64,000 bases of DNA from an uncultured Gammaproteobacteria bacterium (GCA_963833195.1 CAWHXF010000014.1:32825-96824); one strand, 5' to 3'. Positions 50,168 through 61,319 are shown, counted from the first letter of the stretch. Program-made: numbers and translations. Notes: generated by a model from the sequence alone, not told the origin.

Positions 50168-51195
50168 CGGTGGCGTCCGAACCGCCGGGGAGTTCCGCGC
50201 ACGATGTCGCCGCGCTCCGCCGTCGAAGCGCGGGCCTCGCTGGCCTCGCGCGCTGCGAGCTCGTCGAGTGCCTCGACGGTCCCGCGCGCGGGCAGCGCCG
50301 GCTCGAGATCGACACACCGAGCGGGCTCTCGGCGACGGTGATCGTGGACCGCTCGCTCGACCTGCTGTCGCTGCGGTATCGCGGCCACAACGTCGGCTGG
50401 CGATCCGCGGCGCGCGCCCGTCATCCGGTCGCGGACCTCGAGGAGGAGGAAGGGCTCGGGCTAATGCGAAGCTTCGACGGGCTGCTGGTGACGTGCGGTC
50501 TCGACCACGCGGGGCTGCCCGAGACGCGCGATGCGGAGCCGCTGCGCTATCCGCCGCGCAGCCGCACCGTGCATCCGCTGCACGGCCGACTGCCGGCTGC
50601 GGGCGTCACGCTCGCCGGGTACGGAATCGACCGCGATGCGGGCACGATCTTCGCCGAGGCGCACGTCCACCAGGGGGGCGTCTTCACCGAGGTGTTGACC
50701 CTGAAGCGCCGGCTCGAGATCGATCTCTTCGAGCCCGTTGTGCGAGTGCGGGACTCGGTGATCAACGACGGCTACCGCCCGACCCCGCACCGGCTGCTGT
50801 ACCACGTCAACGCCGGTCATCCGCTGCTGGGCGAGGCGTCACGGCTGTACGGCGACGGCTGGGCGCTCGCCGACCGGCTCGACGGCAACGGCGCCGCACC
50901 GAGCGACGACCACGTCGAACAGGTCGACGTCGAGGCGACCCCCTCGGGTACGCTCGGCGTCGAGAACCGCGACACGGGGCTGTTCCTCGAGCTCGGTACG
51001 GACACCGTCGCCCTGCCCCTGACCGCGCTGTGGCGCGCGTTTCAATCGGGCGTCTTCGCGCTCGGCATCGAGCCGCAGACGGCGACGGAAGACCCCGAGG
51101 GCGCGACGTTGGCCGCCGGCGAGCGGCGCGACTACCGGCTGGATCTGCGCGTCGGGCTGCGCTCGACGGATCAGCTGCGCAGTACCAGCTCGTAG
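50164..51195 (+). CDS. Aldose 1-epimerase-like protein (DUF4432)
   Basis: VDRSLDL, GLLVTCGLDH, LHGR, LYHVNAGHPLL, LGIEP. Confidence 0.82.
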   Translation: MTVASEPPGSSAHDVAALRRRSAGLAGLARCELVECLDGPARGQRRLEIDTPSGLSATVIVDRSLDLLSLRYRGHNVGWRSAARARHPVADLEEEEGLGLMRSFDGLLVTCGLDHAGLPETRDAEPLRYPPRSRTVHPLHGRLPAAGVTLAGYGIDRDAGTIFAEAHVHQGGVFTEVLTLKRRLEIDLFEPVVRVRDSVINDGYRPTPHRLLYHVNAGHPLLGEASRLYGDGWALADRLDGNGAAPSDDHVEQVDVEATPSGTLGVENRDTGLFLELGTDTVALPLTALWRAFQSGVFALGIEPQTATEDPEGATLAAGERRDYRLDLRVGLRSTDQLRSTSS

Positions 51196-52229
51196 GGCAC
51201 GATGATGTCGCGATGCGGCCCGCCCGCGGCCAGGGCTCCGAGCTGTGCGACGGTCTCGCGGGCGTACGCGTCGGGCGGCACGCGCACCGTGTCCAGCCAC
51301 GGCGCGAGCCATTGGTTCAGCGGGTTGTCGTCGAAGCCGTAGATGCGCAGCTCCCCCGGCACGTCGATGCCGAGCTCGCGCGCGCGTCGCCACGCGCCGT
51401 AGGCGATCTGGTCGTTGCCGCAGAACAGCGCGTCCGGCCGCCGGCCCTTGCCCCTGCCGCTTCCCTTGCCCTGCTCCTGGCCGTGAAGCAGTCGCGCCGC
51501 CGCTTGGTAGCCCGCCGAAATGCCGAGCCGCGCCTCGACCGAGTCGGCATCCGACACCGGCACGCCGAGCTCCGCTAGCCGCTCGGTCAACCCGCGGGTA
51601 CGCGCCGCGCTCGTGGCGGAGTAGTCCGGTCCGCGAATCATCGCGACGCGCTTCGCCCCGCGGCGCACCATGGCCTCGGCCAGCTGGCGCGCGGCCAGCT
51701 CGTCGTCGATGCCCACGAACGAGCAGTGCTCGAGCCCCGTCAGGCGCCGGTTCACGAGCACGCACGGCTGGTGCGCGGCGAGCTCCACGATCCGGTCGCT
51801 CTTCACCGCACACAACAGCACGAGAGCCGAGACGCTGCGCGACGTCACCTCTTCCAGGAACTGGTCCTGCAGCTCCGGGTCCTCGTTCGTGTTGCCGAAC
51901 AGCGTGACGAAGCCGAGTGCGGTCAGCCGCTGCTCGATCTCGTTCGCGATGGTGGCGTAGAAGCTGTTCTTGATGCTCGAGATCATCAGCGCCACCGCGC
52001 CGCTCTGGCGGGTGCGCAGCGCACGGCCCGCGTCGTTCGTGCGGTAGCCGAGCCGCGCGACGGCCGAGTGCACCTTCTCGCGCGTGGCGGGTGCCGACGA
52101 GCCGCGCCCGGACAGCACGCGCGACACGGTCGCGATAGAGACCCCGGCGGCGGTGGCGACGTCCCGGATGTCGGCCCGCTTCGACGCTACGGCCTTCGTT
52201 CGTCCGGCACGTGAGCGCTTCGCAGCCAT
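51171..52229 (-). CDS. LacI-family regulator
   Basis: IRDVATAAGVSIATVSRVL; FCGNDQIA; GFDD. Confidence 0.92.
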   Translation of the reverse strand: MAAKRSRAGRTKAVASKRADIRDVATAAGVSIATVSRVLSGRGSSAPATREKVHSAVARLGYRTNDAGRALRTRQSGAVALMISSIKNSFYATIANEIEQRLTALGFVTLFGNTNEDPELQDQFLEEVTSRSVSALVLLCAVKSDRIVELAAHQPCVLVNRRLTGLEHCSFVGIDDELAARQLAEAMVRRGAKRVAMIRGPDYSATSAARTRGLTERLAELGVPVSDADSVEARLGISAGYQAAARLLHGQEQGKGSGRGKGRRPDALFCGNDQIAYGAWRRARELGIDVPGELRIYGFDDNPLNQWLAPWLDTVRVPPDAYARETVAQLGALAAGGPHRDIIVPYELVLRS

Positions 52230-52659
52230 CAGCCGCCTCCCCCGAAGACGCTCTCGGTGGGCAGGCCACCGTTCAAGGTGCTGCCCTCGGCAACGCGTCC
52301 GGCTTGCCGACGCGTTCTATGGGCGGACTCGGCGACGTTCCACGCCCCGAAAGCCCAATCCGGAATCGTCCGGTCCGACACGACCTCCGTACGGCCTTCG
52401 TCCCGCCGCAGGTCGCAGACGTTCAGATCGAGATTCATCTCGTGCGAGGCGCCCCGGCAACCTGACCCGGTAGCGTCGAGTTCGCGCCTGAATCGTAATC
52501 GGTGCTGGTGACGATCGGTCTCATGATGCGCTCCGAGCTCGCGGGGTGGGTGAACGGAGCTTCGCACGGGCCGGCAGCCTCGATCGCATGGAGCCGTCCG
52601 GATCCGTTGCGGGAAGCGGCTCGCCGCTGGTTCGCCCGACAAGTGAGCCACAGATCAAA

Positions 52660-53260
52660 ACCCCGTTCGGCGTCCTCTGCACCGGTCCGCCGCGTCTATG
52701 GCGCGCGAGCGGCGTCTCGCCGCGCGAGCGGCGGAACGCCCGGCCGAACGAGGACACGTCGCCGTAGCCGACCGCCTCGGCAACGCGGGCGAGCGGCAAG
52801 GCCGTCATCGTCAGCAGCCTCGCCGCCTCGTCCATGCGCGTCGGCTCAAGGTAGCGCGCGGGGGTCGTACCGAGGTGCTCCCTGAAGAGCGCGTGAAGCC
52901 GCGCGGCGCTCCTGCCACTCGACCGGGCGATCTCCCCCACCGTCAGGGGACGCGAGAACCCGTCATTGATCACGCGTCGTGCGCGCCGCACGCAGTCCGG
53001 CAGCGGGCTGTCCGGCGAGCGTTCCGGACGCAGCAGCTAGAGCAGGAGCTGGCCGGCAGGTACCGCGATCGCGTCGGGGAGCATGGCGCCGTAGGCGCGC
53101 GCGACGAGGAAGTCGACGTAGCCGCGCACATCCGGCACGATCGTCACGAACGGACCCGCGTCGCCCCACGGTCCGCCTATAGGCGCGCAGGACACGGCGT
53201 CGAGGGCGATGTCGAGCACGAGGAAGCGCGACCCTATCGCTCCTGCTTGGCGAACCGCCG
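52660..53260 (-). pseudogene. Degraded AraC-family regulator; bounds approximate
   Basis: LTVGEIA..SAARLHALFREHLGTTP and VGYGDVSSFGRAFRR. In-frame stop near 53037. Confidence 0.7.
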
Positions 53261-53389
53261 GACGTGCCTGCGGACCCCGTCTACCTCGTCACGCTGATGT
53301 GCCAAAAGCGCCCGTCGACCGAACGCGTCGTACGTTCGCCACAGGCCTCGCCGTCCGCGACCTCGAACCGTGCCGAAGCGCTCCGGACG

Positions 53390-54118
53390 TCAGGCCCTCG
53401 GGTCTCCGCGCTCGAGCATGCGACCGTATTCGTCCTCGGTGACGAGCCCGCCAGCGGCTTCCGCCTGCCCTTGGTCCTTGCTCGGCAGCACCGGCTGGAT
53501 CGCGTCGATGCGCTTCCAGCCGGGCACTGGCGCCTGCCCGGTCGCGTCCGGCACGTAGCGCGAGCGCTCCGTGCGCTTCATGCGGTGAATGTAGCGCGGG
53601 CAGTTCTGAAAGCAGGTGGTCACCTCCACCCTGACTGCGAACTGCGCACCCGGCCAGCGCGCGACGAGCTCGGCATCGTCGCTCAGCGAGGCGTTGCCCT
53701 GCACGCGGATGCGGTGCGGGCGCTCGAAGTCCATGAACAGCAGCCCGACCTTGGACGTGGCCTCGATGTTGCCAGCGGAGTAGTACATGCCGTTGCCGTC
53801 GTAGTTCGGGAACGCCAGCGTCTTCGAGTCGAGCACCGCGACCACGCCCGGTGCACCCCCCTTGTAGCTGACCGTCGGCATCCCGTCGGGATCGACGCTC
53901 GAGAGCCAGAACATGTCGCGCGAGCCGACAAAGTCGGCCATGCCGTCGTCGAGCGCGTCGCGCACGATCACCTCGAGCAGGGCGCCCGCGAGCGTTTCGG
54001 TATCGAAGCGCGACTGGAGCCTTCTCGCCTCGGCGGTGTAGTCGAAGCCGCTCGCGCGGCCCGCCTCCTCCGCCCCTCCCGACTCGTTGCGGCCACCCTC
54101 GCCGCCGGCGGTGCTCAT
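53390..54118 (-). CDS. Pyridoxamine 5'-phosphate oxidase-like FMN-binding protein
   Basis: [42 protein letters not shown] overlap with the nitrilase stop. Confidence 0.85.
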   Translation of the reverse strand: MSTAGGEGGRNESGGAEEAGRASGFDYTAEARRLQSRFDTETLAGALLEVIVRDALDDGMADFVGSRDMFWLSSVDPDGMPTVSYKGGAPGVVAVLDSKTLAFPNYDGNGMYYSAGNIEATSKVGLLFMDFERPHRIRVQGNASLSDDAELVARWPGAQFAVRVEVTTCFQNCPRYIHRMKRTERSRYVPDATGQAPVPGWKRIDAIQPVLPSKDQGQAEAAGGLVTEDEYGRMLERGDPRA

Positions 54119-55206
54119 GCCGAGGCCGTTGCCTGGACCATCGAGTCTGCGAGCTCGCCCGCCGACCCGTCGAAGGCTTCCGCAGTGCCGACCGCGACCG
54201 ATGCTGCCGCGCCCGACGCCGCCGCCTCGCGCAATCCCTCGTCCATCGACACGACGGGGCGTCGGCGTGTGCGATCGAGCAGCAGACGCGTGACGTCCGG
54301 GCGCGAGTAGTGACCCGCGGGGTCGGCGGCCGCCTTGGCGATGGTGATCATCGGCAACGAGATGTCGGCGTACAACAAGCCGTCCTGGTCTTCCGGCAGG
54401 TGCTCGCACAGCTCGCGCCCGTCCGGGCCGAAGATCATCGAGAAGCCACCGCCCGGCTTCGACGTCTCGGGGTTCAGCATGGCCGCCTGCTCGGGCGTCT
54501 CGCAGAGCAGGTCGAACGTGTCCTGACCCGTCACGGCGCACGCGGCGAACACGTAGCACCCGCCCTCCACGGCATAGGTGCGGCTGGCCGCGAGATTCAC
54601 CTGGTGCCCGAGTGCGTAGGCCTGTCCGCGGTACAGGGTGAACGACGGCCACGACGCGACGTGCACCTGCTCGTTCATCGAATACATCGCGTACTTCGAC
54701 AGCGGCTGCAGGTGCTCCCAGCAGCACAGCGCGCCGACGCGCCCGACGCTCGTGTCGGACACGTGGAAGTCCGAGCCGTCGCCTTCGCCGAAGAGCGAGC
54801 GCTCGACGTGCGTCGGCTTTAGCTTGCGCCTTGCCCAGGCGAGCTCGCCCGCATCCGAGATCAGCGCCTGCGCCATGTAGAGACTACCGCCGTCGATCTC
54901 GGTGAAGCCCATCACGACGTTGATGTTGCCGCGCTTCGCCGCGTCGCGCAGCGCCCGCATCTCGGAGCCGTCGACGCGCATGGCGTTGGCGTGGTAGCGC
55001 GGCACGAACTGCAGCCCCCACGCGGGCGGACCGAGCCAGAGCCACCACGGGTAGCCCGGTATCCACGTCTCGGGGAAGGCGACGAAGCGGGCGCCGTTCG
55101 CGGCGGCCTCGTCGATGAGCGCGATGCCCTTGTCGAGCGTGCCCTGAAGGTCGAGAAAGACGGGGGCGGCCTGGACGACGGCACCCTTGAATTCGGGTTC
55201 GATCAC
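54115..55206 (-). CDS. Nitrilase (branch 1; aliphatic/arylacetonitrilase type)
   Basis: [10 protein letters not shown] (E), [11 protein letters not shown] (K), LCCWEH (C); [10 protein letters not shown]. Confidence 0.93.
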   Translation of the reverse strand: MIEPEFKGAVVQAAPVFLDLQGTLDKGIALIDEAAANGARFVAFPETWIPGYPWWLWLGPPAWGLQFVPRYHANAMRVDGSEMRALRDAAKRGNINVVMGFTEIDGGSLYMAQALISDAGELAWARRKLKPTHVERSLFGEGDGSDFHVSDTSVGRVGALCCWEHLQPLSKYAMYSMNEQVHVASWPSFTLYRGQAYALGHQVNLAASRTYAVEGGCYVFAACAVTGQDTFDLLCETPEQAAMLNPETSKPGGGFSMIFGPDGRELCEHLPEDQDGLLYADISLPMITIAKAAADPAGHYSRPDVTRLLLDRTRRRPVVSMDEGLREAAASGAAASVAVGTAEAFDGSAGELADSMVQATASA

Positions 55207-55409
55207 TTGACGTTCTCCGGCGGTCGCGCGGCGAGGAGCCGCGGTCGACGAGCATGCCACTGCCGCGGCTCGGCACTTGTCGTCATGCGCGTGCCGATTT
55301 GTCAACGGGCGCGCAGGTCCGCACCACGGGTTTGACCTCCGTCGACGCCTAGGCCACAGCTGGCACGTCGAGCCCGTCCCGTGACGGAACCGCGCCACGC
55401 GTTGACGAC

Positions 55410-56465
55410 GTGGCCAACGCGGAGGTAGCGTCGGGGCCGATCCGTACGGAGCCTGGCGTGTCGACGCTGCTGACGATCGATTCCCTGCCGGCCGGACAGC
55501 GCGCCCGGCGCTGGCGCGAGGCCGTCAGCGAGACGTTCGTGCCGCTCGACTGCCGGCTCGACGGCGGTGTGGGAGTGCACGGCACGCTCCGGGTCGACGC
55601 GTTCGACTCGCTCCGGGTCGCCCGCGTCACGAGCGGTCCGCAGCGCGTGGACCGCACGCGACCGCTGGTACGTGCGGCGAGCGACGCGTGGGTGCTTGCC
55701 AGCGTGCAGCTCCGCGGGCGCACCGTCGTGGAGCAGGCCGGCGCGCAGGCGGTCCTGCGGCCCGGAGACGTCGCGTTCTACGACACCGCGCGCGCGTACC
55801 GCCTGGTGCTGCCCGACGACTTCGACCAGGTGGTGCTCTACCTACCGCGCGACGCCGTGGAGGCGGCCGTGCCGCACGGACTCGGGTGCGTTGCCGTGCG
55901 CCTGCCCGCCGACGAGCCGTGCGCGCGATCTCTGCAGGCCCTCGTGCCGTGGCTGCTGCCAGTGACGTCGGATAGCGTCGAGTCCCGAGGTGACGGCGCC
56001 GGGGACGCCGTCGGCGCGGCTCGGGCGCGACGAGAGCGCGCGGCCGCGCACGCGCAGGATCTCTTCCTGCTGGCGCTCGAAAGGCTGCAGGTCTGCGACA
56101 CGGCGCCTATCGAACCGCTGGCCACGCGCGGCGCGGCGGCTCTGTTCCGACGCGCGACGACTCTGGTGGAGCACAGGCTCGACGATCCGGACTTCGGACC
56201 GGTCGGCCTCGCACGCGAGCTCGGCGTCTCCTGGAGGCGACTGCAGGAAGTGTTCGAGAACCACCGGACCACACCGTCGGCGACGCTTCGCGAGGCGCGG
56301 CTCGAGTGCGCAAGAGCCCTGCTCGCGGACGCCGAGACCCGTCACGACTCGATAGCGAGCATAGGCTCGCGGGCCGGGTTCGACGACCCGGCAGGTTTCT
56401 CGCGCCGATTTCGCGCCCGCTACGGTCGCACGCCGCGCGAGTACCGCCGCGAGGTGGGTCGCTGA
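55410..56465 (+). CDS. AraC-family activator (NitR/FeaR-like); true start may be about 55457
   Basis: [24 protein letters not shown]-terminal [17 protein letters not shown]. Divergent from the nitrilase. Confidence 0.88.
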   Translation: MANAEVASGPIRTEPGVSTLLTIDSLPAGQRARRWREAVSETFVPLDCRLDGGVGVHGTLRVDAFDSLRVARVTSGPQRVDRTRPLVRAASDAWVLASVQLRGRTVVEQAGAQAVLRPGDVAFYDTARAYRLVLPDDFDQVVLYLPRDAVEAAVPHGLGCVAVRLPADEPCARSLQALVPWLLPVTSDSVESRGDGAGDAVGAARARRERAAAHAQDLFLLALERLQVCDTAPIEPLATRGAAALFRRATTLVEHRLDDPDFGPVGLARELGVSWRRLQEVFENHRTTPSATLREARLECARALLADAETRHDSIASIGSRAGFDDPAGFSRRFRARYGRTPREYRREVGR

Positions 56466-56719
56466 CGCCGGTTCTGGCACCGGGGAAATCGCTCGCCGTC
56501 GCATTGAGCACTACGCGTCGGAAGTCCTCGCCGCGAATAACCGGCAGAGCGCGTCTTCGAAGGCCGGCACCCGCGTCGTCGCGCACCTCCGACAGACGAA
56601 AGGTGCCGAGCTCCACCCGCGTCTCGACGTCCCATGGTACGAGCGTCACGTCGCCGGCGAGCCGAGGGTCGAGCGCCACGCGGTCGGCGAAGGTGAAGCC
56701 GAGCCCAGCGGCCTGACGG

Positions 56720-57363
56720 CGGACGTCCGGCTCGCGCGTCCCGACCCGGACGACGTCGACGCTTGGGTGGCGCTCGCCGAGGAGCTCAACCTGGAGCTGG
56801 TCGCGGCGCGGCAAAACCTCGCGGCGAGCGAGGCCTTCGTCGGTGCACAGCGCGCTACCCGGCTGCCGACGTTCGCCGCCGGCGCGAGCGTCGCGACCGT
56901 CGATTCGGACGACGCGACGGGTCGCGACGGCAATACCGGCAGCCTGTCGATCACCGGCACGCTGCCGCTGCTGTCCGGCGGGCGGGTCACCGCGCAGATC
57001 GCCCAGGCCCGCGCGCAGGCGCGGCTCGTCGCCGAGCAGGCCGTCGACGCCCGGCGCCGGGTCACGCGCGGTACCCGCAACGCGTACCGCGGCGTGCTGG
57101 CGGCGATCGCGCAGGTTGAAGCGCTCGAACAGGCGCTGGCCTCGACGCGCGAGGCGGCGCGTGCGACCGAGGCCGGCTTCGAGGCCGGCACGCGCACCTC
57201 GGTCGAGGTGCTCGAGTCCCAGCGCGACACGTTCCGGGCGCGCGCGGACTATGCCACGGCGCGCTACGACTACCTCGTCGGCACGCTGGAGCTGCAGCGG
57301 ACGGCCGGCACCCTCGAGGCCGACGACGTGCGCGTCGTCGAGGCGCGACTTCGGTCGCGGTGA
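56720..57363 (+). pseudogene. C-terminal fragment of a TolC-family outer membrane protein
   Basis: LPLLSGG, ATEAGFEAGTRTSVEVL, ARYDYL..LELQRTAGTL. N-terminal half is absent. Confidence 0.78.
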
Positions 57364-57455
57364 GGCGGACCGCGCGCGTGCCCGTTCCCGCGACCACCCG
57401 ATGAACCCCGGCCCTTCCCTTGCCCCGGCGACACTGCGGGCCGCGATCGACGCGC

Positions 57456-58457
57456 TCAGTACAATCCCGACAGCGAGAGGCCGAGCCCGATCCGCTGCTG
57501 GTGGTGGTCGTAGTCGATCAGCGAGTCCCCGTAGCCCGCGAAGTAGCTCGCGTAGCCGCGCAACCTGCCGAACAACGGGAAGGCGACGCTCGCATCGATC
57601 GCGCCCTTGCCGGTGGAGGGATTGCCGCGCACGAGCACCAAGTGCTCGCGCTCGCCGTCGCGCCACCCGATACGCAGGTCCGCACTCCCGAAGTAGTCCT
57701 CGATGTCGGGGTTGTCGTCGCCCTCGGGATCCAGCGGGAATCGCTTGCTGTCCTCCGGCAGTCGGTACCAGGGACGCAGCGCCAGCAGGAAGTCCCCACG
57801 CTCGAACAGCAGCTCCAGGTACAAGCGGTTCCAGCTGCGCGAGAGCCCCTGCACCTGACCGTTGGATTGGTGCTCGAAGCCGAGCCGCGCATCGAGATCG
57901 GCGCCGAACAGCCTTCGTCCCGTGGGCACGGTGTAGAAGATCTCGGGCTGATAGTTCGTCTCCCGGAACGGGCTCGACAGCGACTCCGCGTACAGCTGCC
58001 ACCAGGACTCGATCGTGAGGCCCAGCTCGAGGGCATCGCCCGCGAACAGCAGGTCCGCGCCGTTGAGGCGCGACTTCAGGCTGATCTGGAAGTTGACCTC
58101 GACCGGCTGCGCCAGCCCGTCGATGGGTCGACCGTTGTCCTCGTACTCGGCTTCGTTGAGGTCCGTCGTCGCGCTGAAGGGGACCACGTAGTTGGGCTTG
58201 TGCGTGGCCACGAGATAGCGGCTTTCAGCGCCTGCGCGCGCGGCACCCCCGCGTTCGGACTCGCGCGCTTCCGCGTCCGGGTTCTCGAGTGAGCCTACGG
58301 CCCCTTGTCCGATGTCCGTACCCGTCGCACAAGCCGTGAGCAGCGCCGCGATCGCGCCCGAGAGCACTACGAGCGACGATCGGGCACCTCGCGAGCGTCC
58401 GGGCTCGAGCGGCGCCGTGCGCGCCCGGACGTCCGCTTCCAGGCGTCGCGCGTTCAC
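57456..58457 (-). CDS. pldA: Outer membrane phospholipase A (OMPLA)
   Basis: FQISLK, SSPFRETNYQPE, HQSNG catalytic motif, SRSWNRLY, GYGDSLIDY; N-terminal LTAC lipobox. Confidence 0.92.
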   Translation of the reverse strand: MNARRLEADVRARTAPLEPGRSRGARSSLVVLSGAIAALLTACATGTDIGQGAVGSLENPDAEARESERGGAARAGAESRYLVATHKPNYVVPFSATTDLNEAEYEDNGRPIDGLAQPVEVNFQISLKSRLNGADLLFAGDALELGLTIESWWQLYAESLSSPFRETNYQPEIFYTVPTGRRLFGADLDARLGFEHQSNGQVQGLSRSWNRLYLELLFERGDFLLALRPWYRLPEDSKRFPLDPEGDDNPDIEDYFGSADLRIGWRDGEREHLVLVRGNPSTGKGAIDASVAFPLFGRLRGYASYFAGYGDSLIDYDHHQQRIGLGLSLSGLY

Positions 58458-58864
58458 GGTCGCACCGGCGTGCCCGCCGGGGACCGACCGCGCAGCAGCC
58501 GCCACAGCACCAGCATCGTCGCGCACAGGACGAACGGAGCGACCGCACTGCCGTCGAGCACCGCGACGTGCAGCAGCCACGCGCAGCCCATGATCGCGGC
58601 GAGGAGGGCGGCACCGAAGACGGCGAAGTCTCGGACGAGGAGCAGCACCGCACCCACGACTTCGATGGGCGCGGCGACGTACCCGAACCACTGCTCCAGT
58701 CCGAGCCGCTCGAAGGCGTCCACCGACGACACGAGACCCGCCATCTTGGTACTCGCGGCGAGCAGAAACACGGATGCCGCGAGGACGCGTGCAGCGGTCA
58801 GGACGACATCGATCCGGCTGCGGCCCGGTACGCGCCCGATACGCGACGCGATGAAGCTGCTCAC
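58454..58864 (-). CDS. DoxX-family membrane protein
   Basis: Four TM helices, F..LG..WF..EVVGAVLLL..IMGCA..H; overlaps both neighbours. Confidence 0.8.
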   Translation of the reverse strand: MSSFIASRIGRVPGRSRIDVVLTAARVLAASVFLLAASTKMAGLVSSVDAFERLGLEQWFGYVAAPIEVVGAVLLLVRDFAVFGAALLAAIMGCAWLLHVAVLDGSAVAPFVLCATMLVLWRLLRGRSPAGTPVRP

Positions 58865-59343
58865 GAAGGGCTCCCGGCATCGCTCGCCGACGATCGATCA
58901 ATGCCGCGATGGGACTGCCTGAGCGCCACGGCGCCGCACACGAGCGCGCCCAACCAGACCGACGGTCCGATCGCTCCCGGCCAGGGCGGGACATGGCCCG
59001 GCAGCAAGAGCAGCAGGATGAACCCGACGTCGGTGAGCCCGACGAGCACGGCATTGGCGGCGAAGCCTTGCCGATCGTTCACGCGGTTGCGCGTCCAGGC
59101 GATCCACGCGGCCAGCAGCGCGATCATCGCGAGGTGCCAGGCATCCTGCTCGACGCGACCCTGTAGCGCTCCTCGGTCCACCTGTGCCGCGAGCTGCCAG
59201 ACCTGCCACGCCGCCCCGAGGTGAAGGATCGCCCACAGCCCGTAGAGAGCGGCGCTGATCACCGCGAGGCGCGCCCCGCGATTCGGTTCGCCGGTTCGGC
59301 GCTCGGACGAATTTCTCACGTCAACCTCCGCAACCATCGCCAC
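58861..59343 (-). CDS. Hypothetical four-TM membrane protein
   Basis: Hydrophobic segments (LYGLWAILH, LTDVGFI); GTGA overlap with the DoxX gene. Confidence 0.65.
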   Translation of the reverse strand: MAMVAEVDVRNSSERRTGEPNRGARLAVISAALYGLWAILHLGAAWQVWQLAAQVDRGALQGRVEQDAWHLAMIALLAAWIAWTRNRVNDRQGFAANAVLVGLTDVGFILLLLLPGHVPPWPGAIGPSVWLGALVCGAVALRQSHRGIDRSSASDAGSPS

Positions 59344-59660
59344 GCCGTAAGCAAGGGGGTGACACGCGAAGCCCCGACCCCGAAGGCGATGCGGAGTGGC
59401 CAGTCACGATCGCCGCCGTGGCGGCTCGGTAGGTCGAAGTAGACCGTGATCGGCTCGGGCGACGGGCGACGGCGTCGATACGACGCCGCACGTGTCGCGT
59501 CCGAGGTGTGGGGTTGCGTCCGCCACGATCGTGCGACTTGTGCGGGAGTCTTCACCGGGGATGTGTTCTCGAATGAGTCGAAGGCGAGCTCGCGGGAGCG
59601 ACGCGAGCAATGGCTACGGCGGTGGCCGCGGCACGCGATGTCGTGCCGCGGCCGCCCGGG

Positions 59661-61319
59661 TCAGGCGGCAGCGACATCCAGCGCCCGGCTTGCCGACAGC
59701 TCCGGGTAGCGCAGCAGCAACGCATCGGTGCCGAGCCCGTGCTCGTCGACGAACGCCCGCACCTCGTCCTCGATGTCCGGCCCGACGATCGCGACGAAGC
59801 GTCGCACCAGACCGGCCAGCGCACACACGCTCGCCAGGTGCACGAGCTCCACGGGCGTGTACTCGTCCACCGCCGGTTGCACGAAGCGTCGCGGCGTCGT
59901 CAGCGGCACCTGCGCCGAGAGCCACGCGAAGCGCAGCGCCGCTATGTCCGCGGCGTCGTAGAGCTCCCCCTCGACGGATCGACCGGTTGCCGCCGCCCAC
60001 GCGTGGCGAACGCGAGCGATGCCGAGCTCGCCGCCATGGGTGGCCCGCGTCGCCTGCCAGCCCTCGAACGCGGCGAGGTAGTCATGGTTCGAGGCGATCG
60101 CCGCCACGCGCGCCATCAGGTGCTTGAGCTCGGTCGGGATCGGCGAGTGATCCCGCGGCTGCATCAGCTCGACGTACAGGTGCGCGTGGCGCGCGCGCAG
60201 CTTCTCGGGCCACGCCCCGATCCAGGCGGGCACGATGCCGAGCTCGCGCTCGAGGTAGGCCTCGACGCCGCCTGCGTCCGCGACGATGCCGTCGTACTTC
60301 GCGAGCATGTCGTCCATCGACGGCCCGCCCGTGGGCAGCTCGAAATCGAGATTGTCCGACGCCCGGTCCTTGCTCACACCGTGCCGGCCCGGTTCGACCC
60401 CGGCCGCCTCTTGCGCCTTCGCCGACCACTCGGCCTCTATCTCGACGCCGGTGAGGTCGTTGATCGTGTTCAGGAAGCCGAACGCGGAGGCAATCATGGC
60501 GGTGCCCATGATGTTCGCCTCGGCGTCCTCCTTCGACACCCGCGCCTGCGAGGCGAGTCCGCGGATGCGTTCGAGCTGATCCTCGCTCACCGAATTCGTC
60601 GTGGCGTCGGCCGCAAGATCGGTCAGTGCCAGCTCGAAGGGGCCGATCGGCGCATCGTCGGGCAGCTTGCCCGCGCGAGCCGCCTCGACCATGTCGTTGA
60701 TGCCGAGCGACTGCTCGCCGCCCGCGGCCGTCATGTGCGTCATGCAGTAGCTGCACCCTTGGGCCTTCGACGAGGCGAAACCCGCGGACATCATCACCGG
60801 CGCCCCGATGATCTCCTTGCCGCCGCCGATCGCACCGACGTTGTGGCAGTACACGAAGAGCTTGTAGGCCTCGGGCCAGTGGTGCTGGTAGTAGAAGCAG
60901 TTGGGCCAGAAGCCGAAGAAGCCCTTGTAGAAGTGCAGGATCGGCCAGGTCTCGGGGTCCTCGTCGTGCGTGCCGTCGCTCTCGGGGATGACGTCGCGCA
61001 ACACGAGATCCTCGGCGCCGCGCGCCAGGGTGTCCGCGTCGACGGCGTCCGGATCGAATCGTCCGTCAACCGCGTTGGCGAGTGGGGCCAGCAGGCCGCG
61101 CTCGTGGAGCGCGGTGACGTCGGTGGAGCCGTTGACGTGCAGGTCGCCGAGAAAGACCTGCGGCACGGTCGCCACGCCCGAGAAGTAGACGCTCTCGTCG
61201 GCGATGCGCGCGTCGCTCTCGACATCGCGTTGCTCGTAGTCCAGACCCGCCTCGTCGAGCGCGGCCTTGGCGCGAGCGCAGTACGGGCAGTCGGGCTTGG
61301 TGTAGGCGGTCAGGGTCAT
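59661..61319 (-). CDS. Glutaredoxin fused to two AhpD/CMD-like domains
   Basis: N-terminal CPYC, TVPQVF and NGSTD; then GFWPN and SSKAQGCSYCMTH (AhpD CxxC..H); second degenerate repeat LGIVPAW..PTELKHLMA. Confidence 0.8.
   Translation of the reverse strand: MTLTAYTKPDCPYCARAKAALDEAGLDYEQRDVESDARIADESVYFSGVATVPQVFLGDLHVNGSTDVTALHERGLLAPLANAVDGRFDPDAVDADTLARGAEDLVLRDVIPESDGTHDEDPETWPILHFYKGFFGFWPNCFYYQHHWPEAYKLFVYCHNVGAIGGGKEIIGAPVMMSAGFASSKAQGCSYCMTHMTAAGGEQSLGINDMVEAARAGKLPDDAPIGPFELALTDLAADATTNSVSEDQLERIRGLASQARVSKEDAEANIMGTAMIASAFGFLNTINDLTGVEIEAEWSAKAQEAAGVEPGRHGVSKDRASDNLDFELPTGGPSMDDMLAKYDGIVADAGGVEAYLERELGIVPAWIGAWPEKLRARHAHLYVELMQPRDHSPIPTELKHLMARVAAIASNHDYLAAFEGWQATRATHGGELGIARVRHAWAAATGRSVEGELYDAADIAALRFAWLSAQVPLTTPRRFVQPAVDEYTPVELVHLASVCALAGLVRRFVAIVGPDIEDEVRAFVDEHGLGTDALLLRYPELSASRALDVAAA

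Noticed and set aside
52300-52525. MRPIVTSTDY... fragment faintly resembling a SAM hydroxide adenosyltransferase N-terminus
   Set aside because: Too degraded and frame-broken to support a call.
56466-56715. Coding-like minus-strand stretch between araC and the tolC relic
   Set aside because: No start, RBS or family motif could be identified.
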